Made by a program: the position numbers and the translations under genes. A model generated the notes under the pieces. The model was not told the origin of the DNA. It did not search any database and was given only the letters and a program-made list of their open reading frames with translations. This document shows, piece after piece, positions 9,457 to 20,133 of a stretch of 64,000 bases of DNA. This DNA comes from Candidatus Nomurabacteria bacterium (GTDB lineage Bacteria; Patescibacteriota; Minisyncoccia; Phycocordibacterales; CAIZLB01), in the NCBI GenBank assembly GCA_943356525.1, contig CALRFG010000006.1, forward strand, positions 4,024-68,023, given 5' to 3'. Every line of letters begins with the position of its first letter. Position 1 is the first letter of the stretch.

Positions 9457-11338
9457 TTATAAATCTATTATACCATAGGGCAAGCATTAATAAAGTAAAG
9501 ATTCTGCGACCTATAAATTTATCATTTAAATTTCTTTTTGTGAATAAATCTTTTATAAATCCCATATTACATATTTCTTGTATCAGTTTATTTTCCAAAA
9601 TAATACTTTGTACTTTTTGACTATCATTCTTTAACCAAGTGTGCCAGGGTGTTGGAAAACCAAGTTTTGGTCTTTTATTTGTTTTATCAGGCATGTCTGA
9701 AGAAAATGCATCACGAAGTATGAATTTTGTTATTCCATTTTTATATTTCCAAGCATCAATCAAACCTGTGGCCACATCAGATACGGCAGTATCCAGAAAT
9801 GGCACACGAAGTTCAAGAGAGTTTGCCATAGTCATCTTATCAGCTTTTTGTAAAATATCCCCTCTCATCCAGTTATGTATATCTGCAAATTGCATATACT
9901 CTGATTCTGAAAGTTTTGTTAAATCTTGATCTTGTAAGTCTAGTCTTGACGTCAAGTCTTGACGAGAATAGTTTTTGAAAAGTTTCTCTTTTTCTGACTC
10001 TTTGAAAATGTTTGCGTTCCCTAAATAACGGCCACGGACTGGAGTAAGTGCACGATTTAAAAATGATACACCTGGAAACTGGGCAAAAACTGGAAACATT
10101 TTGACCGTAAAATTTACAATATCTTGTATAGGTGATAAAAATATTTTTTTAAACCAAACCGGCTGTTGAGATATAAGCTGTATGTATCTATTATGTGGTT
10201 CTTGATATATCCCATATCCTCCAAATAATTCATCAGCACCCTCACCAGACATAACAACTTTAACATCTTTTACAACTTCACGAGACAGTAAGAAAAGCGA
10301 TATTGCAGATGGATCAGCTATAGGCTCATCAAAATACCAAACACATTTTTCAAGAGACTCAAAATAGTCCTCAAAAGTAACGATGATTTCCTTATGGTCT
10401 GATTTTATAAACCCAGCAAATTCTTTTACGTCAGATATCTCAGAATCCAAGTCTTTAAAACCTATGGTATATGTTTTAAGATTTTTACCTTGAGACTGAA
10501 GCTCACGTTGTGCCAGCATAGCAATAATAGATGAATCAACACCGGAAGATAAAAATGAAGCAACAGGAACGTCCGCAATCATATGATGCTTAACAGAGTC
10601 TATCATAACTTTTTTTATCTCATCGCGTGATTTTTCATAATCAGTATCTCGATCGTCGCGAAAATTCCATTGCCAGTATTTTTCTATAGAGTATGCACCA
10701 GTTTCTAGGTCAACTGTTAGCGAGTGACCTGGTGCTAATTTGAAAATATTTTTGAAAAATGTTTCTGGGTTTGGATTGTATTGAAAAGAAACATAGTCAT
10801 AAATGTAGTTAATATTGACATCGCGTTTGATATTTTTATCTTCAAGAATAGATTTTATTTCTGAAGCGAATGCTGAAATTTTTTCATCTTGTAAAGAATA
10901 ATAAAGTGGTTTTATTCCAAAATGATCACGAGCTATAAAAAGTTTATTTCTTCTTTTGTCATGTATAGAGAATACAAACATACCGCGCAGTTTTTTAGGA
11001 AGTTCTGTTCCCCATTCTTCATAGCCATGTACTAGTGTTTCTGTGTCTGACTGAGTTTTAAAAATATGATTTTTATTTTCCAACTCTTTACGAAGTTCAA
11101 GGTGATTGTAAATCTCGCCATTGAAAACCACAGTTATAGTTTGATCCTCGTTCGAGATTGGTTGCTTACCGTGAGCTATATCGATGATGGAAAGACGTCT
11201 CATACCCATAGAAACACCTTCGGTGAAAAACATACCATCGTCATCTGGTCCACGGTGTATGATGCAGTCGAGGGATCGTTTTAAAAGATCTCGGTCCTGA
11301 ATGCTTTTATAATTGATGAATCCAGATATACCACACAT
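9443..11338 (-). CDS. asnB: Asparagine synthetase (glutamine-hydrolysing), AsnB
   Basis: N-terminal MCGISGF class-II amidotransferase nucleophile. PP-loop SGGVDSS. Confidence 0.9.
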   Translation of the reverse strand: MCGISGFINYKSIQDRDLLKRSLDCIIHRGPDDDGMFFTEGVSMGMRRLSIIDIAHGKQPISNEDQTITVVFNGEIYNHLELRKELENKNHIFKTQSDTETLVHGYEEWGTELPKKLRGMFVFSIHDKRRNKLFIARDHFGIKPLYYSLQDEKISAFASEIKSILEDKNIKRDVNINYIYDYVSFQYNPNPETFFKNIFKLAPGHSLTVDLETGAYSIEKYWQWNFRDDRDTDYEKSRDEIKKVMIDSVKHHMIADVPVASFLSSGVDSSIIAMLAQRELQSQGKNLKTYTIGFKDLDSEISDVKEFAGFIKSDHKEIIVTFEDYFESLEKCVWYFDEPIADPSAISLFLLSREVVKDVKVVMSGEGADELFGGYGIYQEPHNRYIQLISQQPVWFKKIFLSPIQDIVNFTVKMFPVFAQFPGVSFLNRALTPVRGRYLGNANIFKESEKEKLFKNYSRQDLTSRLDLQDQDLTKLSESEYMQFADIHNWMRGDILQKADKMTMANSLELRVPFLDTAVSDVATGLIDAWKYKNGITKFILRDAFSSDMPDKTNKRPKLGFPTPWHTWLKNDSQKVQSIILENKLIQEICNMGFIKDLFTKRNLNDKFIGRRIFTLLMLALWYNRFINEEK

Positions 11339-11354
11339 GGTTATTATGTTATCA

Positions 11355-11390
11355 AAAAAGAGACTGTTTATATAGTCTCTTTTTGTTTTA
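11355..11390 (-). terminator. Rho-independent terminator downstream of dnaK
   Basis: AGAGACT-loop-AGTCTCT hairpin, T-run on the minus-strand reading. Confidence 0.55.
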
Positions 11391-11403
11391 TAGTTTTATA
11401 AAC

Positions 11404-13305
11404 TTATTTTACCTCCGCATCCTTAACATCACCCTCTGGAGCTGGACCATTTTCAGGACCGGCACCTGCTGCACCTTCTGTTGGACCTGCAGCATTATCT
11501 TGATTTGCCTTCGAAATCTCATCATGTACCTTAGCCAATTCCATTGATAAAGCATCTGTATCAGTTTTGATAACATCCATATCATCTTTATCTTTAGATA
11601 GTCTCAAGGCTCCTATTTTAGTCTCTACGCTTGCCACAAGCTCAGCACTCAACTTATCCTTACTTTCTCTCAAACTCTTCTCAGCAGTGTATATAGCTTG
11701 ATCTGCAGTGTTTCTAACCTCAATCAATTCTTTCTTTTTCTTATCCTCACCTTCATGTGCTTCAGCCTCTTTTTTCATACGCTCGATATCATCTTTTGAA
11801 AGACCTGTTGAAGCTTCGATACGAATAGTATTTTCTTTTCCTGAAGCTTTGTCTTTTGCTTTCACGTTTAAGATACCGTTAGCATCAACATCAAATGTAA
11901 CTTCAACTTGAGGAATACCTCTTGGTGCTGGTGGTATACCATCAAGAACAAAACGTCCTAGGGATTTGTTGTCAGTCGCCATAGCTCTTTCACCTTGAAC
12001 GATATGAATCTCTGTTGATGTTTGATTGTCTGCAGCTGTTGAGAATACTTGTGAACGAGATGTTGGTATAGTTGTATTTCTCTCTATAAGGTGAGTAGCA
12101 ACTCCTCCCATGGTTTCTATACCAAGTGAAAGTGGAATAACATCAAGTAGAAGAATATCTTTAACATCTCCTCCTAAAATACCTCCTTGAACAGCAGCAC
12201 CAAGTGCCACAACTTCATCAGGGTTGATTGATTGATTCGGCTCACGACCAAATAATTCTTTTACAACCTCTTTCATTTTAGGCATACGAGTTTGACCTCC
12301 AACTAATATAACTTCTTGTATGTCTGCAATCTTATATGGTGAAGCCTCTATAGCTCTTTTTGTTATCTGTATAGCACGAGTTATAAATTCGTCGGCTAAC
12401 TCTTCAAGTTTTGCACGAGTCATTTTCAAAACAAGATGTTTTGGTCCTGCTGCATCAGATGTAATAAAAGGGATATTAATCTCAGTGTCTATAGCAGATG
12501 AAAGCTCTATCTTTGCTTTTTCCGCAGCTTCATCTAGACGCTGTAATGCAAGGGCATCAGTTCTAACGTCGATACCTGATTCTTTTTTAAATTCATCAGC
12601 GATCCAATGTATAATTTTTTGATCAATGTCTTTACCGCCCAAGTGAGCATCTCCATCTGTTGATTTTACCTCAACAAGATCAGCGGCAACCTCAAGTATA
12701 GAGATATCAAATGTTCCACCTCCAAAGTCAAACACCGCTATCTTCTCATCGGCTTTCTTATTAAATCCATAGGCAAGTGCCGCAGCTGTTGGTTCATTGA
12801 TGATACGTTTAACATCCAAACCTGCAATACGACCTGCATCTTTTGTAGCTTGTCTTTGTGCATCGTTAAAGTATGCAGGAACTGTGATAACAGCTTCTGT
12901 GATCTTTTCACCTACTCTCGCCTCAGCGTCATTTTTAAGCTTTGTTAAAATCATAGCCGACACTTCTTCTGGTGTATAAGTTTTTTCAGCCATAACAATA
13001 CCAACACCATTTGTATCAGTTTTCACTATAGCAAAAGGAACAGTGTCTTTATCTTTTTGAACATTATTTTCATCAAATGAATGACCGATAAATCTTTTAA
13101 TACCAAAAACAGTATTTTTAGGGTTTGTAACACCTTGTCTTTTTGCCAATAATCCTACAAGTCTTTCACCTGTTTTAGATATAGCAACAATAGACGGTGT
13201 TGTACGTGCACCTTCTGCATTTTCCAATATTTTAGGCTCACCTACCTCCATGATAGCGACAGCTGAGTTTGTTGTTCCTAAATCGATTCCTAGTATTTTT
13301 ACCAT
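11404..13305 (-). CDS. dnaK: Chaperone DnaK (Hsp70)
   Basis: IDLGTTNS and DLGGGTFD motifs. Full-length Hsp70 architecture. Confidence 0.97.
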   Translation of the reverse strand: MVKILGIDLGTTNSAVAIMEVGEPKILENAEGARTTPSIVAISKTGERLVGLLAKRQGVTNPKNTVFGIKRFIGHSFDENNVQKDKDTVPFAIVKTDTNGVGIVMAEKTYTPEEVSAMILTKLKNDAEARVGEKITEAVITVPAYFNDAQRQATKDAGRIAGLDVKRIINEPTAAALAYGFNKKADEKIAVFDFGGGTFDISILEVAADLVEVKSTDGDAHLGGKDIDQKIIHWIADEFKKESGIDVRTDALALQRLDEAAEKAKIELSSAIDTEINIPFITSDAAGPKHLVLKMTRAKLEELADEFITRAIQITKRAIEASPYKIADIQEVILVGGQTRMPKMKEVVKELFGREPNQSINPDEVVALGAAVQGGILGGDVKDILLLDVIPLSLGIETMGGVATHLIERNTTIPTSRSQVFSTAADNQTSTEIHIVQGERAMATDNKSLGRFVLDGIPPAPRGIPQVEVTFDVDANGILNVKAKDKASGKENTIRIEASTGLSKDDIERMKKEAEAHEGEDKKKKELIEVRNTADQAIYTAEKSLRESKDKLSAELVASVETKIGALRLSKDKDDMDVIKTDTDALSMELAKVHDEISKANQDNAAGPTEGAAGAGPENGPAPEGDVKDAEVK

Positions 13306-13381
13306 ATTTTGTATTTGTTTTTTGTTTATTTATTAATATTATTATTAATTGTACCCTCTATTATACACCATGTGTCAAGTC

Positions 13382-13984
13382 CTATTCGAACTGATAAACT
13401 TTCACCAATGCAACCCTTATAACCTTGTCATGAAGTTTATAGCCTTTTTGCATAATCATTGATACTTTATGATCTTTTAAACCATCATCGGTTTTTTCTT
13501 GACCTAAAGCTTCGTGTATTTTAGGATCAAATTCGTCCCCTATTTTTCCATATGATTCAACTCCAGTCTTTTGTAATGTTACATATATCTTATCTATTAT
13601 AGCCTCTATACCTTTTCTCCAAGCTTCGTCAACGCTAGTCCATGTCGGTTGCATTTTAGCTTGTTCATATCCATCAATGATTGGTAATAAATCATTTACA
13701 AGTATTTGATTGGAAAATTTGATAACATCGGCTTTTGTTTCTTCATCTCTTTTTCTAGCGTTAATAAAATCAGCCTTATCTTTTTGCCAGTTTGTTAAAA
13801 GTTCGAGTTTTTCTTGCTTAACTTGTTTTAGTTCATCTTTAAGCTTTTTAATGGCGTTTTTAGGGTTTTCTGACTCATCTTCGGATATGATATCGTCTTC
13901 GTCATTATCAAGCTCTATATCAAGATCATTTTTTAAATCTGCATCAAGGTCGATTTTTATCTCATCACTATTATCATTATTCAT
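13382..13984 (-). CDS. grpE: Nucleotide exchange factor GrpE
   Basis: Located upstream of dnaK. C-terminal GrpE signature (FDPKIHEALGQ). Acidic, repetitive N-terminus. Confidence 0.8.
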   Translation of the reverse strand: MNNDNSDEIKIDLDADLKNDLDIELDNDEDDIISEDESENPKNAIKKLKDELKQVKQEKLELLTNWQKDKADFINARKRDEETKADVIKFSNQILVNDLLPIIDGYEQAKMQPTWTSVDEAWRKGIEAIIDKIYVTLQKTGVESYGKIGDEFDPKIHEALGQEKTDDGLKDHKVSMIMQKGYKLHDKVIRVALVKVYQFE

Positions 13985-14052
13985 AGAACTATTATACCTT
14001 ACAAAACAAAAAATTCCATTGTGTAGTGGAATTTTTTCTTGTGTAATTGAAG

Positions 14053-16275
14053 CTATTTAATCACTCCTCTAGTTAATGGACCGAAGAACCCGACGGCAGG
14101 GGTGATCTTCATAGCTTTTTGAAACTTTATCAGTGCTGCCTTTGTTGCGGGTCCGAAGAGGCCGGTTTCCTTGCCTTTAGATCCGACGCCTGACAGAGCT
14201 ATGATGAATCCTTTTGAGTTTAGGTATTGCTGTAATCTTTTCACATCATCCCCTTTCGCACCTTGAGTGAGGGATCGTGAGAATGGCATATAAGCCGTCA
14301 CAGAAGTGGAAGATGCTACTGAGCTAGGTAGTAGTGATGCAGGTACAAATCTAATACCTGATGAAGAACCAGGTGTCCAATACGAGACTGAGTTTGCGAT
14401 ATCATTTGGAACTGTTAACATAACAGCTGTTGATGATGCCGATTGACCTCCGATATTAGTAGCAGTTATGTAATACAAATAAGTACTACCTTTTGTAAGA
14501 TTTGATATGCTGTACGTTGTATTGTTTGATGTTGTGGTGGCTATAAGTGCATTTGTATCAGTATTGTAAATATTATATTGAGTAGGTGGTGCGACAGGAT
14601 CAACAACTAAAGGCGCTGACCAAGTCAATGTTGCAGAAGTTCCTGAAACTGAAGCAGATAGGGCTGTCGGGGTATCTGCCGGCGAGGCATACAACGTTGC
14701 TAATATGTTAGATTCGATCATACTTCTAAAAACCTCAGAATGTCCGTAATTGTTAATATGAATCGTGTCAGCAACAAATCCCAAATAACTATCTCCGAAG
14801 GGAGATTTTATGGTTGCATCTGGGTTTGCTACCCTTGAAAACATATCAATACCTCTAGATGTATTACTTTGGGTTGATGTTCCGTATTCTGTTAGAATAG
14901 CATTTGAATACCCTGTTAATAAAAGTAACTTTGGTGCGGTCAAATTTCTTCCTGAAGAGGTTGTTATCCAAACAGGCACATTGGCAGCCCTGGCAGTTTC
15001 AACAATTGTTCTTATATATCCAGTTGATGATGCTATAGGAAAATTAAAATTAGCATCGTTGGAAGTGTAGTTTATTAATATAGCATTAGGATTTTGAGCA
15101 AGTGCAGCCGTTATGTTTCTTGTTGAATCTTCCCCTCCAGAGCCTGTCGGTAGAGATTTATTTGTAGTATATCCAGCTAATGCAAGATTAACAACACTGG
15201 AGCTGGCATTATATAATTTTGCATATTTTTCAAAAAGTCTTACCCAAGAGTTTTCATATATTCCACCTGGTATTGGCATAGAACCATACCCCTCAGCCGT
15301 GGAAGAACCCAACACAACAAACTTTTTTGCAGGACGTACAGATGGAAGAGTTGCTGGTAAAACTGTCACGTCTACATCATCGTAAACAACAGATCCACTG
15401 TTATCAACAGCTGTCATTCTGAAAGTATATTTTCCTGGATAAAGATTACTTACTGTGGTTGATGTAGCTGTAGAGCTCGCAAAAGTTGCATAAGCATCAC
15501 CAAACAAAGACCACGCTTTTGAAGTTATGGTTCCATCAGAATCAGTCACTGTGGAGTTAAGTGTTATAGAGTTTGTTGGATAAGTTATGGTTATATCTGT
15601 ACCAGCATCAACTACTGGGGGTAGGTTTGGTGTATTAGCTATAAGCTCAATAACATTTAGATGGTGATATTGCCCCGCTGATCCTGATGTAAAAGTTGCC
15701 TCTATACTACTTGTTGCACTTGGAGTTATGTTTGATATTTGAGCCGTGTTAGCTGTGTTATTTATAGACTCCAAAGTTGTTGAGGCACTTCCTATGGTCA
15801 TTTTTATCAACCTTGAACCAGAAAATGTTCTAGATGAAAACAATTTAACATTGTATGTATATGCTGGATTAAGACCATTGAAAACAAGCGTACTTTTGAA
15901 GTTACCAATACATCCACCCAAACCATCATATACATAGTCGTTTGTTGCGTTTGCAGGATACCCTGTTGTCGTAACTGTGGGAGCACCGTTACCCATACTC
16001 AATGTTTCGCCTGCACCGCAAGTTGGCGCATCAGAAAAATACATGACAACTGTAGATGTTGCACCCAAAGAGTCAATAAGCGAAGTTATTCCGGTGTATG
16101 GGGTCCCGAGAGAGTTGGGCCAGCTATTCCAATATTCTCCGTTTGTAGGGTTTACTGTGTTTATGTAACCAAAATCTATCTTATATACACCATTGTCCGC
16201 CAAAGCTTCGTTTGATATAAAAGAAATAACAACAAAAAAACATATTGAAAGAAATTTCCTGAAGTATAGACTCAT
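14053..16275 (-). CDS. Secreted multidomain protein: Ig/PKD-like N-region, SGNH/GDSL-type hydrolase, FN3-like, C-terminal peptidoglycan-binding domain
   Basis: Signal peptide. SGNH blocks VVLGSSTAEGYG (block I), TSNDAN (block III), DTIHIN (block V). Ig/FN3-like segments (VTVLPATLP; TALSASVSGTSATLTWSAP). C-terminal PG_binding_1-like GDDVKRLQQYLN..FGPATKAALIKFQ. Terminator hairpin at 13993-14025. Confidence 0.6.
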   Translation of the reverse strand: MSLYFRKFLSICFFVVISFISNEALADNGVYKIDFGYINTVNPTNGEYWNSWPNSLGTPYTGITSLIDSLGATSTVVMYFSDAPTCGAGETLSMGNGAPTVTTTGYPANATNDYVYDGLGGCIGNFKSTLVFNGLNPAYTYNVKLFSSRTFSGSRLIKMTIGSASTTLESINNTANTAQISNITPSATSSIEATFTSGSAGQYHHLNVIELIANTPNLPPVVDAGTDITITYPTNSITLNSTVTDSDGTITSKAWSLFGDAYATFASSTATSTTVSNLYPGKYTFRMTAVDNSGSVVYDDVDVTVLPATLPSVRPAKKFVVLGSSTAEGYGSMPIPGGIYENSWVRLFEKYAKLYNASSSVVNLALAGYTTNKSLPTGSGGEDSTRNITAALAQNPNAILINYTSNDANFNFPIASSTGYIRTIVETARAANVPVWITTSSGRNLTAPKLLLLTGYSNAILTEYGTSTQSNTSRGIDMFSRVANPDATIKSPFGDSYLGFVADTIHINNYGHSEVFRSMIESNILATLYASPADTPTALSASVSGTSATLTWSAPLVVDPVAPPTQYNIYNTDTNALIATTTSNNTTYSISNLTKGSTYLYYITATNIGGQSASSTAVMLTVPNDIANSVSYWTPGSSSGIRFVPASLLPSSVASSTSVTAYMPFSRSLTQGAKGDDVKRLQQYLNSKGFIIALSGVGSKGKETGLFGPATKAALIKFQKAMKITPAVGFFGPLTRGVIK

Positions 16276-16354
16276 TTGCTATATTATACAAAAATAAATC
16301 TTAAAAGTAAATAACGCATTGTATAATGCGCTTTTTAGTTTGGAAAAACGTTGA

Positions 16355-16762
16355 TTAACGTTTTGACCACTGTTTACTCTTTCTCGCTTTCTTCAAACCG
16401 AATTTTCTTCTTTCTTTAGCTCTACCATCTCTTGTTAGAAATCCTTCTTTTTTAAGTGGAGCTCTAAGCTCTGCATCAAACACTTCAAGTGCGCGTGCAA
16501 TACCAAGTCTCACTGACTCCGCTTGACCGTTTATACCACCTCCTGAAACTTTAACTGTAATCTCAAAAGATTTATCAGGTAGAGTTTTTACAAGAGATTC
16601 TATAGATAGATTTTGTAATTCTTTAGTTTTAAAATAGTCAGTATGTTCTTTATCATTAACAACTACAGTTGTTTTTGATGAAGGAGTTATACGAACTCTT
16701 GCAGAAGATGTTTTTCTTCTTCCTACCGCTTCATAGTATTTTGATGTTGATTTTGTTGCCAT
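16355..16762 (-). CDS. rpsI: 30S ribosomal protein S9
   Basis: GGGINGQAESVRLGIARAL and C-terminal KKARKSKQWSKR. Confidence 0.95.
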   Translation of the reverse strand: MATKSTSKYYEAVGRRKTSSARVRITPSSKTTVVVNDKEHTDYFKTKELQNLSIESLVKTLPDKSFEITVKVSGGGINGQAESVRLGIARALEVFDAELRAPLKKEGFLTRDGRAKERRKFGLKKARKSKQWSKR

Positions 16763-16785
16763 GGTATTTATTAAATTAAATAGTA

Positions 16786-17136
16786 TTATTTAGTTATTTC
16801 TATATTTAAAAGCATTCTATCTCTAAGTTTGTTTTTTGGTAACATACGAGATACTGCACGAACTATAACTTCCTCTACTCCTTTTCTTTCTAGTAGATGT
16901 CCTAGGAATTCTTTCTTTTGTCCACCTGGATATCCAGAATAGGTTAGATAATATTTCTCATCTTTTTTCTTATCAGTTATATCAAGCTTAGAAGCATTTA
17001 CAACTAAAACCTCTACTGGAGCTACAGTATTTTTTGCAAAGTCTACTGAGTTTTTACCCATAAGAACCACAGCCACTTCTTGTGCTAGAAATCCTAATCT
17101 TTTATTTGTTGCGTCTATTGTGTATTTTTTTATCAT
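16786..17136 (-). CDS. rplM: 50S ribosomal protein L13
   Basis: N-terminal KKYTIDATNKRLGFLAQEVA. Located upstream of rpsI. Confidence 0.9.
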   Translation of the reverse strand: MIKKYTIDATNKRLGFLAQEVAVVLMGKNSVDFAKNTVAPVEVLVVNASKLDITDKKKDEKYYLTYSGYPGGQKKEFLGHLLERKGVEEVIVRAVSRMLPKNKLRDRMLLNIEITK

Positions 17137-17149
17137 TTTATTATATTTA

Positions 17150-17500
17150 TTATACTAATTCTATAACAGCCATAAATGCTCCGTCAGCTTGTCTTTGACC
17201 TGTTTTAATAATTCTTGTATAACCACCATTTCTATCTATGTACTTTGGAGCTATCTCTGAAAACAATTTTCCAACTATATCGTTGTTTGCCATTCTTTTA
17301 AGAACATCACGTCTTGACGCAACTGTATCAACTCTAGCTTTTGTTATAAAATCTTCAGCATAAGGTCTAAGTTCTTTAGCTTTTGCCAATGTAGTTTGGA
17401 TTTTGCCATGTAGGAAAAATTCACGTACCAAAGATCTAATCAAAGCTTTTCTTTGATTTCTTCCTCTATTGAATCTTCTGTTTGCGTTGTGATGTCTCAT
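17150..17500 (-). CDS. rplQ: 50S ribosomal protein L17
   Basis: MRHHNANRRFNRGRNQRKALIRSL. Located downstream of rpoA. Confidence 0.95.
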   Translation of the reverse strand: MRHHNANRRFNRGRNQRKALIRSLVREFFLHGKIQTTLAKAKELRPYAEDFITKARVDTVASRRDVLKRMANNDIVGKLFSEIAPKYIDRNGGYTRIIKTGQRQADGAFMAVIELV

Positions 17501-17543
17501 AGTCTTGTAAATATATCTTAAATATTGTTAAAAATCAAGCTTT

Positions 17544-18521
17544 TTATTCTTTTATTGTTAAATCAAATTTTGCTAATATTTCTTTAAGCTCGTCTATCCC
17601 TTTTTTACCCATACCATCAACATCTAGTAGGTCTTTTTCTTTTTTTCGGATCAAACCTCCTATAGTTCTGATATTGGCTTCGATAAGTGCATTTATGGTT
17701 CTTTGACTTATTTCAAGTGACTCAATACGAGTTTTTAAAACATCATCTAGAACATCTTTATCTAGCTTATTTTCTTCACTTTCTTTATCATCTTCTTTCT
17801 TACCTTCAACCTCTTCTTTTACAACCTCAATATCTTGAAAATCAATAATAGCTTTTAGTTGATATATCATGATTTCGATTGATTTCTCTAAAGCCTTTTT
17901 TGGAGTTATTGATCCGTCTGTTTCTACATTTATAACAAGTCTGTTGAAATCAGTTCTGTCACCAACACGCATTTGATCAACATCATATGATACATTTACT
18001 ATAGGAGAGAAAGCTGCATCTAATGCAATAGACTCTACTGGTACCCTTTCTTTTTGCAATACTTCACGTGATACGTAACCTATACCGTTTGACAGTGTGA
18101 TCTCCATTTGTAGAACAGCGTCTGATTCTGTTATAGTTGCAATATATTGATCAGGAGTAAGAACTTCAACTTGACCAGCAACATCTATATCAGCTGCAGT
18201 AACAGCACCAACACCTTTTTTCTTTAGAGTTAGAACAACTTCATCTCCCGCACTTATAGAAAATTTGATTTTCTTAAGATTTAAAATCATAGAGATAACA
18301 TCTTCTTTTATACCTTTTATAGTAGAAAATTCATGTGGTATACCGTTAATCTTTATAGAAGTTATAGCTGCACCTGGTAGAGATGACAGTATAATACGAC
18401 GAAGAGAGTTTCCTAGTGTATGGCCGTAACCTGGATACAAACCTCCTATCTCATAACTTCCTTTATTACCATCTTCTTTTATTATTTTTGGCTTTGACGG
18501 TGATACTATTGATGTGTTCAT
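17544..18521 (-). CDS. rpoA: DNA-directed RNA polymerase alpha subunit
   Basis: Alpha NTD and CTD. Conserved position between rpsD and rplQ. Confidence 0.95.
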   Translation of the reverse strand: MNTSIVSPSKPKIIKEDGNKGSYEIGGLYPGYGHTLGNSLRRIILSSLPGAAITSIKINGIPHEFSTIKGIKEDVISMILNLKKIKFSISAGDEVVLTLKKKGVGAVTAADIDVAGQVEVLTPDQYIATITESDAVLQMEITLSNGIGYVSREVLQKERVPVESIALDAAFSPIVNVSYDVDQMRVGDRTDFNRLVINVETDGSITPKKALEKSIEIMIYQLKAIIDFQDIEVVKEEVEGKKEDDKESEENKLDKDVLDDVLKTRIESLEISQRTINALIEANIRTIGGLIRKKEKDLLDVDGMGKKGIDELKEILAKFDLTIKE

Positions 18522-18567
18522 AATTTTGTTTTTATTTTTATTTAAATTAAGTAACTATTAATTTATC

Positions 18568-19176
18568 TTATCTCTTTGAGAACTCTATCACTTGACCTAG
18601 ATCAAATAATACATCTTGTCCTGTCAGTGTCGGCATTTTCAAAACTTTTCCTGTCATTTTATCTGTATCAAATGATAACCAATCTTGTACTGTATTAGTT
18701 TTATTTCTTTCCGCAACTTCTGCAAAAGTTTTAGTTTTCTTACTTCCTTCACGCACCGCTATAATATCACCTTCCTTAACAACAGCTGAAGGAATAGTAG
18801 TTTTTACACCGTTCAATGTTATATGACCATGTGAAACAATTTGTCTTGCAAAACGTCTAGTGTTTGACAAACCCATACGATAAACAACGTTGTCCAATCT
18901 TGTTTCTAGTTTCTTATATAAATCATCTGGGGCGTGAATAGTTTTAGAGTCAATAACTTGTTTTATGTATTTTCCAAATTGTCCAGCTGTAATACCATAT
19001 GTAAATCTAGCTTTTTGCTTTTCAATCAACTGAAGACCATAAGAAGAAACGTTTTTCTTTCCTTTTTTACCCTTTGGAGCGTTTTCTAGTTTAAGTCTAA
19101 ATTTTTGAGTTTGAGTTTTCTCAAAAATTGGGGCACCTAATCTTTTAGCTATTTTATATTTTGGACCGATTTTCAT
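18568..19176 (-). CDS. rpsD: 30S ribosomal protein S4
   Basis: S4 N-terminus and S4 RNA-binding domain. Conserved position. Confidence 0.95.
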   Translation of the reverse strand: MKIGPKYKIAKRLGAPIFEKTQTQKFRLKLENAPKGKKGKKNVSSYGLQLIEKQKARFTYGITAGQFGKYIKQVIDSKTIHAPDDLYKKLETRLDNVVYRMGLSNTRRFARQIVSHGHITLNGVKTTIPSAVVKEGDIIAVREGSKKTKTFAEVAERNKTNTVQDWLSFDTDKMTGKVLKMPTLTGQDVLFDLGQVIEFSKR

Positions 19177-19220
19177 ATTTGTTTAATTTATTATTATAAT
19201 TATTTAAATGACTATGTTGA

Positions 19221-19637
19221 CTAGATTCTTCTAGGCTTCTTAGGTTTAGGACCATTGTGAGGCACAGGAGTTCTGTCTTTTATAGTATCTATTGCAATAC
19301 CTTTAGATATAAATGATCTAACTACTGATTCACGGCCTGAACCTGTTCCTTTTATAACAACACCCACTTCTTTAACACCCATCATTATAGCTTTGTCAGC
19401 TAGAACTTCACCAATCTTTGCAGCTGCGAATGGTGTACCTTTTTTAGCACCATTGAAACCAAGTGAACCTGATGAAGAAGATGCTACCGGATTTCCTTTT
19501 TCGTCTGTAAGTACAACTTTAGTATTGTTATATGTAGATTGTATGTTTAAAACAGCATAAGCCATTTTTCTTTTACTTAGCTTGTTTGCAGATGTTTTTG
19601 CATCTTTTGCTGTTTTTTTAACTATTTTTTTTGCCAT
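19221..19637 (-). CDS. rpsK: 30S ribosomal protein S11
   Basis: S11 family sequence. C-terminal PHNGPKPKKPRRI. Confidence 0.95.
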   Translation of the reverse strand: MAKKIVKKTAKDAKTSANKLSKRKMAYAVLNIQSTYNNTKVVLTDEKGNPVASSSSGSLGFNGAKKGTPFAAAKIGEVLADKAIMMGVKEVGVVIKGTGSGRESVVRSFISKGIAIDTIKDRTPVPHNGPKPKKPRRI

Positions 19638-19675
19638 GATATTGAATATTAATATTAATTATTTGTGTCTATTTT

Positions 19676-20053
19676 TTATTTTTTAGTCTCTTTCTTTTTA
19701 CCAGAACCCATAGTCTTTTTAACACCCTTCAGAGTACGTGCATTTGACTTTGTTCTTTGTCCACGAACAGGTAATCTTTTTGTATGTCTAACACCTCTAT
19801 ATGATTTTATATCTTTCAATCTCTTTATATTTGTACCAATCTCTCTTTTTAAATCAGCTTCGAGTTTAAAAACTTCGATTTCTGTACGAATTGTATTTTC
19901 CTCTTCAATTGTTAATTCTTTTGGTTTTCTACCATACTCTATACCAGCTTTATCCAATATAGTATGAGCACGTGACCTTCCTATACCGAAAACAGCAGTT
20001 AAAGCCATTTCTATTCTTTGATTATCGTTAAGATTTATACCTAGTATACGCAT
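19676..20053 (-). CDS. rpsM: 30S ribosomal protein S13
   Basis: MRILGINLNDNQRIEMALTAVFGIGRSRA. Confidence 0.95.
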   Translation of the reverse strand: MRILGINLNDNQRIEMALTAVFGIGRSRAHTILDKAGIEYGRKPKELTIEEENTIRTEIEVFKLEADLKREIGTNIKRLKDIKSYRGVRHTKRLPVRGQRTKSNARTLKGVKKTMGSGKKKETKK

Positions 20054-20133
20054 GAAATTGTTTAGTTTTGTTGAATTTTGTTAATTAATAAATAGTAAGA
20101 AAAGCATAGCACAAATAATATTGGCAATCAAGT

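Noticed and set aside
11708-12979. Several 60-100-aa plus-strand ORFs inside dnaK (and similar ones inside gyrA, secA, asnB, and the 740-aa secreted-protein gene)
   Set aside because: They are antisense to strongly supported conserved genes and have low-complexity Ser/Phe-rich translations typical of spurious antisense frames.
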